A model generated the notes under the pieces. The model worked only from the letters and a program-made list of their open reading frames with translations. It searched no databases and had not been told where the DNA came from. Position numbers and translations under genes: made by a program. Shown one piece after another: positions 58,647 through 64,000 of a stretch of 64,000 bases of DNA (positions within the stretch are counted from its first letter, which is position 1; each line of letters begins with the position of its first letter). This stretch comes from an uncultured Fibrobacterota bacterium (GTDB taxonomy: Bacteria > Fibrobacterota > Chitinivibrionia > Chitinivibrionales > FEN-1185), in contig CAVSQB010000015.1 of the NCBI GenBank assembly GCA_963729895.1, positions 8,549-72,548 of the forward strand, given 5' to 3'.

Positions 58647-59129
58647 ATGAGACCACACGGAAATCCCAAGCAATTGGAAGCGCGACGTCGACAAGCCATC
58701 GCCATGCTGCGTTCAGGCAAAACCTATCGGGCTGTGGCGCAGAAATTGAAATCGTCTCTGAGTTCGGTGGTGCGGTGGTATCAGGCCTATCAGAAAAGAG
58801 GTCGAAAAGGAATTCGAACCCAGGCCAAATGGGGACGACCTTCTCTCTTGACCGATCATCAGAAAGAAAAGCTGAAGAAAAAGCTGCTGAAAGGAGCTGC
58901 AGCAGCCGGACACGCCACCGACCTATGGACATTAAAGCGTATCGTACGGCTGATTCATGCCGACTACGGCGTCCATTACACGCATGTAGGAGTATGGAAG
59001 CTATTACGCCACGATTTTGGCTGGAGCTATCAAAAGCCGCAACGACGCGCTCTGCAAAGAGACGAAAAGGCCATTGCGTCCTGGAAGCGCAGGACATGGC
59101 CCAGTATAAAAAAAAGCCCGAAAACTTAA
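58647..59129 (+). CDS. IS630-family transposase, N-terminal (HTH) part
   Basis: HTH-rich 160 aa ending just after the A8 run 59108-59115. Confidence 0.8.
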   Translation: MRPHGNPKQLEARRRQAIAMLRSGKTYRAVAQKLKSSLSSVVRWYQAYQKRGRKGIRTQAKWGRPSLLTDHQKEKLKKKLLKGAAAAGHATDLWTLKRIVRLIHADYGVHYTHVGVWKLLRHDFGWSYQKPQRRALQRDEKAIASWKRRTWPSIKKSPKT

Positions 59130-59145
59130 GGCCCATATTGCCTTC

Positions 59146-59664
59146 TTGGACGAAAGCGGTTTTTTGCTCATACCGAACGTCCGCAAAACGTGGGCTCCTG
59201 CGGGCTGCACACCGATCCTGCGCCACAGCTACCGGCGTGATAAAATCTCGGCCATCGGCAGTGTCACCGTGTCCCCTAGCTGCCACCATTTTGGTCTTTA
59301 TGTCCGTTTCCATGCCCATAACATCACGGGCACGGAGGTCGTCACTTTTTTGGGGTATTTGTTGCGCCATTTGCGCAGGCACGTTGTTCTTGTCTGGGAC
59401 AATGGCCCCATCCACAAGAGAGCAGACGTTAAAGCTTTCCTGCAAAAGACCAAGCGACTTCATGTCAACTGGCTTCCCAGTTATGCTCCTGAACTCAATC
59501 CGATTGAACATGTTTGGACTCATGGGAAACGCGATCTTTCCAACAGCACCCATGAAGATACGTATCATTTGGGATCTCATTTACACCGTTCTATTGGCCG
59601 AGTGCGCAGTTCTCAAAGGCTCCTTGAATCGTGTATTGCACATTCGGAAATCACTTGGCCATAA
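59146..59664 (+). CDS. IS630-family transposase, C-terminal DDE part
   Basis: This frame is open from the A8 run (…KKARKLKAHIAFLDESGF). DDE motifs LDESGF, VWDNGPIHK, LPSYAPELNPIE. It is in the +1 frame relative to the first ORF. Confidence 0.8.
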   Translation: MDESGFLLIPNVRKTWAPAGCTPILRHSYRRDKISAIGSVTVSPSCHHFGLYVRFHAHNITGTEVVTFLGYLLRHLRRHVVLVWDNGPIHKRADVKAFLQKTKRLHVNWLPSYAPELNPIEHVWTHGKRDLSNSTHEDTYHLGSHLHRSIGRVRSSQRLLESCIAHSEITWP

Positions 59665-59916
59665 ATAATCGTGTATCCATTATATGTTAAAGATCAATAA
59701 GACCCCAATCACGTTTTTTTCTTGATTGGGGCCTTATTATTTTGGCCGAGGGGCTTTCCAATGGCAGAACTTTTCGAAAGCCGAATGCAAATGAGACATG
59801 GGCGACTAGCTTTATTCAAATGGACCCGCTATTTATTTGACAAGGTGCTCCAGAAGCCTCGACAACCTTGAAAGACCTCTTGACCAGCGCCACTGTCTAT
59901 GGCGCCTTGCCACCCC

Positions 59917-61055
59917 TTAGTGTCGTTTCCCGCTCATCTTCCCTTCCGACCCCATCGCCACCTTCTTCGTCTTAAGAATAAGGATTGGAATAATGCACGC
60001 GGCGGTGCACATGGCCGAAAAGAAGAAATCATCGTCTATTCCCCACACAAACATTTGTTGGCTAAAATGTGAAGACAAGAGCATTGATGCCTGCGTTGCC
60101 GCGCTCTGGATTGTGGAGCCCGCGTCGTGAACAGCGTGAAATTGCAGCACCCGCAATGCCTGCAAAAAGGCGGGCGATGAAGAGTCTACGACAGAACCGG
60201 CTGCGGCAGTGTGAAAAACAATTCGCTGGGCGAGCAGGGTCTGCAAAATCGCCACGCCAAAACTGCCTCCTACCTGGCGGATGACATTGGTCATCCCTGA
60301 TGCCTGGGCCATTTCGCGCCTCGAAATGTCGGTGAGCGCGAGTGCGCTGAGAGGAGAAAAAAGCATGCCCATGGCGAGTCCTCGCAAATACATAGGAAGC
60401 ATGATTTGCGCGTGCCCCGAAAACACCGACATCTGGGTATTCAGAAGAAAGCTGACAGTAAACAGGATGATTCCAATCACAATTGGGATTTTGGCGCTTA
60501 CCTTGTCGGAAAAATGTCCGGCAAGTGGCCCGGTTGCGGCCTGGATGATACCCACCGGCAGCAACACCATGCCAGATTGTAAAGCGGTGTAGCCCATAAT
60601 ATTTTGAAGGTATACGGGAATCAGGAAAATGCTGCCGAACACTGGAGAATACCGCCGCCCATTCCTTGACCTATGCGCATCGCAATAAGGGATTTTTCGT
60701 TCCACGATATGCCGCAAAGAAACGAGAACATGGTAAACGCGGCAAGGCCCACCGCATAGGTCCGTTTGTATCCGAACCGGTCTGCAATCCAGCCGGAGGT
60801 GGGCAGCATAACCGCGAACGCGAGCATGTAGGCGGTAAGGATCCACTGCGCCACATCGACCGAAATGCCGAATGACGCCATGATTTTCGGCAGGACCGTA
60901 TTGACGATGGTGGCATCGAGCACCACCATGAACGTGCTGATCATGATATTGGCAAGCACCCACCATTTATACGAATCGCGCTCTCTGAAGTGTGAAGGCA
61001 CCTCCTTGGCAAGTCGAGGATCAAGCATGGTGGCCCATTCCTGCAAAATCTGCAT
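59917..61055 (-). pseudogene. DHA2 (EmrB/QacA-type) MFS efflux transporter, frameshifted and probably internally deleted
   Basis: The N-terminal part (…MVVLDATIVNTVLPKI…RIGQGMGGGIL) ends at 60621. The C-terminal part resumes in another frame with FLIPVYLQNIMGYTALQSG. Together they give only about 385 aa, where about 480-520 aa and 14 TM helices are expected. Confidence 0.7.
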
Positions 61056-61354
61056 GTATGCCGCCCCCGCCGGGCGGAGCAACATCGACCGCCAGACTTG
61101 GGGTGTTGTTGTCAAACAAGAACAAAGGGTAGAAGTGCAAGCGCCATGCCAGCAATGGTTTGATCTTACTGCGGTGATTTCATATTTTTGGATCTGGTCA
61201 ATTACTGGAGTCGAAAGCCGGAGTCTACCGGCATTTCTCAATTCCGGGAACGTGAAAATGCCTGCCTGGGCACTTCAGTGAATTATAATTAAAGGCAGTC
61301 AAGCGATTACCCCCGCGATGGACGCAGGGGAAGGCTCGAATCGCCACAACATTC

Positions 61355-62227
61355 TTGCGGTTTCAAAACTGCATTGAGAAAGGGACAATCATCACCACAC
61401 TTGAATTTTCGGGGCTCGTGGGCACCGCCTCGGTTGGCGCCGGGCTTCTCGGCTCCCTCACCGGGCTGGGCGGCGGCATCATCATCATTCCGCTGCTGAC
61501 GATCTGCCTCGGAGTTGACATACGCTATGCCATAGGCGCGTCCCTTATTTCCGTGATCGCCACCTCCTCCGGCGCAGCAGCGGCCTACGTCCGCGAAGGC
61601 TTCATCAATATCCGGGTCGGCATGTTTTTGGAGATAGCCACAGTCTGCGGTGCGCTGGCCGGCGCCTACGCGGCAGCCTTCATCGCCCCGAAAATCATCG
61701 CCGTTCTTTTCGGACTCGTGCTGCTGCACTCGGCGTATCTGACGATACGCGCGCAGGTCGTCGATGGCAAGGACACGCAGCCCAACAGACTTGCAACGCT
61801 GCTTCGGATGAACGGCAGCTATCCCGTGCCAGGCGGCACGCGTACCTACAATGTGAACGCCGTTCCCGCCGGTATGGGACTGATGGCGCTGGCCGGTGCG
61901 CTGGCCGGCTTGCTTGGAATCGGCTCGGGGGCCTTGAAGGTCATCGCCATGGACCGTGTAATGAAACTTCCTTTCAAGGTTTCTACAACGACAAGCAATT
62001 TCATGATCGGCGTTACCGCCGCGGCAAGCGCAGGCGTGTACCTGCACCGCGGCTGCATCGACCCGGCCCTCTCCATGCCGGTGATGCTGGGTGTTCTTGG
62101 CGGATCGATCGCCGGAAGCCGTGTTTTGACAAAAGCAGATACGAGGGTGCTGCGCATCGTGTTTGCAGCGACCATCGTGCTGTTGGGGATCGAAATGATT
62201 TACAAAGGCCTATGGGGAAACTTTTGA
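61355..62227 (+). CDS. TauE/SafE (DUF81) family anion-exporter-like membrane protein
   Basis: GLGGGIIIIPLL and a second G..G.GSG repeat, with 7-8 TM helices. The ORF-track start is TTG, so the start is uncertain. Confidence 0.85.
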   Translation: MRFQNCIEKGTIITTLEFSGLVGTASVGAGLLGSLTGLGGGIIIIPLLTICLGVDIRYAIGASLISVIATSSGAAAAYVREGFINIRVGMFLEIATVCGALAGAYAAAFIAPKIIAVLFGLVLLHSAYLTIRAQVVDGKDTQPNRLATLLRMNGSYPVPGGTRTYNVNAVPAGMGLMALAGALAGLLGIGSGALKVIAMDRVMKLPFKVSTTTSNFMIGVTAAASAGVYLHRGCIDPALSMPVMLGVLGGSIAGSRVLTKADTRVLRIVFAATIVLLGIEMIYKGLWGNF

Positions 62228-62228
62228 T

Positions 62229-62618
62229 ATGCCAAAATCCGGACGAGTCTTCACCGACAAGCAGATGGGTGTTCTTATTGGGGCGCTACTGCGCATGGGC
62301 GTCATTGCCGCCGCTGCGGTAGTTGCGGTGGGCGGTGCGCTTTTTCTTTGGGCCAATGCCCATCTTACTCCTCACTATTCATCCTTTCACGGCGAGCCCG
62401 CGAACATGACTGCGGCGTCTTCAATCGTCGCTGCCGCGAGGTCTCTTGACAGCCGCGCCATTATTCAGTTGGGGCTCCTCATGCTCATCGCCGTGCCGCT
62501 TGCGCGGGTGACTTTGTCCGCCGCGGCTTTCTTTCTGCAGCGCGACCGGCTGTACTTCACGGTCACCCTCGCGGTGCTTGCCCTGTTACTTGCTTCGCTG
62601 CTTGGTGTAGGCCGGTAG
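62229..62618 (+). CDS. DUF1634 membrane protein (usual partner of DUF81/TauE)
   Basis: ATG lies 1 nt after the TauE stop. 129 aa, 3-4 TM helices, N-terminal ...FTDKQMGVLIGALLRMGV. Confidence 0.75.
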   Translation: MPKSGRVFTDKQMGVLIGALLRMGVIAAAAVVAVGGALFLWANAHLTPHYSSFHGEPANMTAASSIVAAARSLDSRAIIQLGLLMLIAVPLARVTLSAAAFFLQRDRLYFTVTLAVLALLLASLLGVGR

Positions 62619-62708
62619 GAGCATGCTTTTTGAATTGAGAACTTCCCCCGGCTGCCAGCAATACTCTTGCCCTGCGTTCCGTAGCCTTAAAACTTTCACC
62701 GCTACTGC

Positions 62709-62897
62709 TTAAGCGGTCACCTGCGTGCGCCGCTGGCCGATGCCGATGTTGTATTCAGCCGGCCCGCGTTTATCGCAGTTGCCCGCAACAAGAACTAGCA
62801 AAGAACCATGTTCAATCATGAATTTACTGATGATCCCGAGCTGTTTCTCTGCTTTCGGTTTAATCACCCACTTGTAGTCCAAGAAAGCAAATTCCAT
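62709..62897 (-). pseudogene. Pal/OmpA C-terminal-domain fragment
   Basis: 62 aa: FAFLDYKWVIKPKAEKQL...VAGNCDKRGPAEYNIGIGQRRTQV parallels the Pal core (F.FD...L.P....L...GH.DERGT.EYNLALGERRA.AV). It lacks a signal/lipobox and the last third of the domain or so. Confidence 0.45.
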
Positions 62898-62999
62898 GGC
62901 ATATAAGTTGCTGAACCTAGTAGGTCATAGAATTATTGAATGCAATCCGATGGAACTGTCCGAGCCATCGCATAATTTGGAAAGGGCAACAGGTTTCTC

Positions 63000-64000
63000 A
63001 TGGCAAACTGCGGCATACCCGGTGTGGCAGTATTCACGGGTACCTTGCTTTTCGCTGGATGCGTGCATAATGTGCCGCATGTATACGGGCTGCCGGGAAC
63101 TTCCGCGGGGCCGGAGGACTCATGGGTTGCACCCAGGCAGGTGATCGAAAGACAGGAAAAATACCGGGACACCCGGTCTGCAGAGGATGCACCCGCAGTG
63201 CATCGCGAGTACCTTGACAACATAAATACCCTCTCCCTGTCGGACATTGTAACTATCGCTCTCCAAAACAACAAACTTACCCGGCAAACGTGGGCGCAGG
63301 CGCGGGCCGCCGCGGCCTCGTACGCCAGCAAAGTCGGCTCCTATTTCCCCGTTATCACCGGAACTGCCGCCGGAAGCAACCAGAAAAATCCAACGCTCGG
63401 AGTGCCCTACGAAAAGGGCGTGTGGAGTTACAACGCGGGTGCATCCCTGAGTTGGCTCATCTTTGATTTTGGCGGCAGAAGCGCGTCGGTCGAGGAAACA
63501 CGGGAAGCCTTGTTTGCGGCGGATTGGTCCCACAACTCCGAAATCCAGAGCGTCATTCTCCAGGTGGAACAGGCATACTACGGATACTTTGCAGCCAAGA
63601 GTCTTTTGGCAGCGCAGCAAGCGGCAGTCGATGAAGCCAAAACGAACCAAATTGCCACCGACGACCGCCATTCCGCTGGACTTGCCACCATCGCCGACGT
63701 ACTTCAGGCGCGTACCGCCCTTTCGCAAACCCAGCTTGGGCTGGCGACCCTTTCCGGTCAGGTCATGACAACGCGTGGCTCGCTTGCAACAGCCATGGGA
63801 CTCGGGGCGAACACGGCGTTCGACGTTGTACTTCCCATTAGCGCTCCGCCGCCGGAGGTGAGGAAGCAGACGGTGCAGGAATGCCTTGATAGTGCGCTAC
63901 GCAAGCGTCCAGATCTCGCGGCGGCAAGGACACTTGCCCTTGAGGCCGCCGCTCACGCAAGAAGCGTGCAGGCCGATGCCTTTCCCCTGCTGTCGGCAAA
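63000..64000 (+). CDS. TolC/NodT-family outer-membrane efflux lipoprotein (3' end beyond the window)
   Basis: This frame is open from 62976 to the window end, so it is absent from the ORF track. ATG 63000 gives MANCGIPGVAVFTGTLLFAGC (lipobox-like), followed by OEP repeat sequence (LSLSDIVTIALQNNKLTRQTWAQARAA..., ATIADVLQARTALSQTQ...). Confidence 0.8.
   Translation, partial: MANCGIPGVAVFTGTLLFAGCVHNVPHVYGLPGTSAGPEDSWVAPRQVIERQEKYRDTRSAEDAPAVHREYLDNINTLSLSDIVTIALQNNKLTRQTWAQARAAAASYASKVGSYFPVITGTAAGSNQKNPTLGVPYEKGVWSYNAGASLSWLIFDFGGRSASVEETREALFAADWSHNSEIQSVILQVEQAYYGYFAAKSLLAAQQAAVDEAKTNQIATDDRHSAGLATIADVLQARTALSQTQLGLATLSGQVMTTRGSLATAMGLGANTAFDVVLPISAPPPEVRKQTVQECLDSALRKRPDLAAARTLALEAAAHARSVQADAFPLLSA

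Larger units (their letters stand above)
58593..59697 (+). mobile_element. IS630-family insertion sequence (about 1.1 kb) flanked by TA
   Basis: IRs: CTGACATTTAACTTATAATGGATAC (58593-) versus the reverse complement of GTATCCATTATATGTTAAAGATCAA (-59697). TA lies on both flanks (58591-58592 and 58698-level partner at 59698-59699). Transposase is in two ORFs. Confidence 0.8.

Noticed and set aside
58448-58720. 90-aa minus-strand ORF crossing the att-like repeat and the IS630 end, considered as a possible integrase remnant.
   Set aside because: No recombinase motifs (no R..H..R..Y pattern). It spans three unrelated sequence segments: island edge, tRNA repeat and IS terminal repeat.
59703-59735. 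Hairpin CCCCAATCA-N11-TGATTGGGG just outside the IS630 right end, considered as a possible terminator.
   Set aside because: It has a T-rich loop rather than a T-rich tail, and no gene ends nearby on either strand in a suitable orientation. It was left unannotated.
1-64000. Window-wide look for CRISPR arrays, rRNA genes, reverse transcriptases or retrons, toxin-antitoxin pairs and known defence-system signatures.
   Set aside because: No regularly spaced direct repeats, no rRNA-like conserved blocks, and no YxDD, Cas, nuclease/ATPase defence architectures were recognised in any listed ORF. Only the features reported above could be supported.

Overview
A 64-kb GC-rich bacterial chromosomal segment, roughly 55-60% GC by eye with clearly AT-richer patches. 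Genes use Shine-Dalgarno sites, and many secreted enzymes end in T9SS-type C-terminal sorting domains, which suggests an FCB-superphylum-like lineage; the phylum cannot be fixed from this window. Left third (1-10 kb): housekeeping genes (ahcY, thyX, pgsA-like, rpe, an S41 peptidase) plus a CHASE2 nucleotide cyclase. 10-23 kb: accessory and decayed DNA. It holds an rve/DDE IS with doubled terminal repeats, a stand-alone sigma54-type AAA+ activator with a degenerate GAFTGA loop, an AT-rich membrane protease-TPR gene cleanly split by an IS3 element, a hybrid histidine kinase, and a GH2 pseudogene. 24-31 kb: a minus-strand metal-uptake cluster. It has an ABC-3 permease, an ATPase and a TroA-like binding protein, with an S9 peptidase tightly embedded, a coiled-coil porin-like protein, and two small Cys- or His-motif membrane proteins. 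It is divergent from mntH. 31-42 kb: mntH, a tandem Usp, an M50 protease, a TAT-Rieske protein, hypotheticals, a DUF2934 mini-gene missed by the ORF track, an MFS transporter and a DUF3516 helicase. tRNA-Ser(CGA) lies at 41852-41943, and an exact 20-nt direct repeat of its 3' end lies at 58568-58587. Together they bracket a 16.6-kb integrase-less island of minus-strand carbohydrate-active enzymes: two GH88/GH105 paralogs, a GH95-like enzyme, a beta-helix protein, a TIM-barrel GH, an esterase-CBM32 and a discoidin protein, nearly all with T9SS tails. This is the strongest lead. A second IS3 sits inside the island and an IS630 sits beside the distal repeat. Right end: a decayed DHA2 MFS gene, a TauE/DUF1634 pair, a Pal/OmpA fragment, and a TolC/NodT-type lipoprotein running off the window. 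No rRNA, CRISPR array, reverse transcriptase or recognisable defence system was seen. A two-copy GC-rich intergenic repeat (10008 and 19710) is unexplained. All family calls come from motif recognition by eye; no searches were run.
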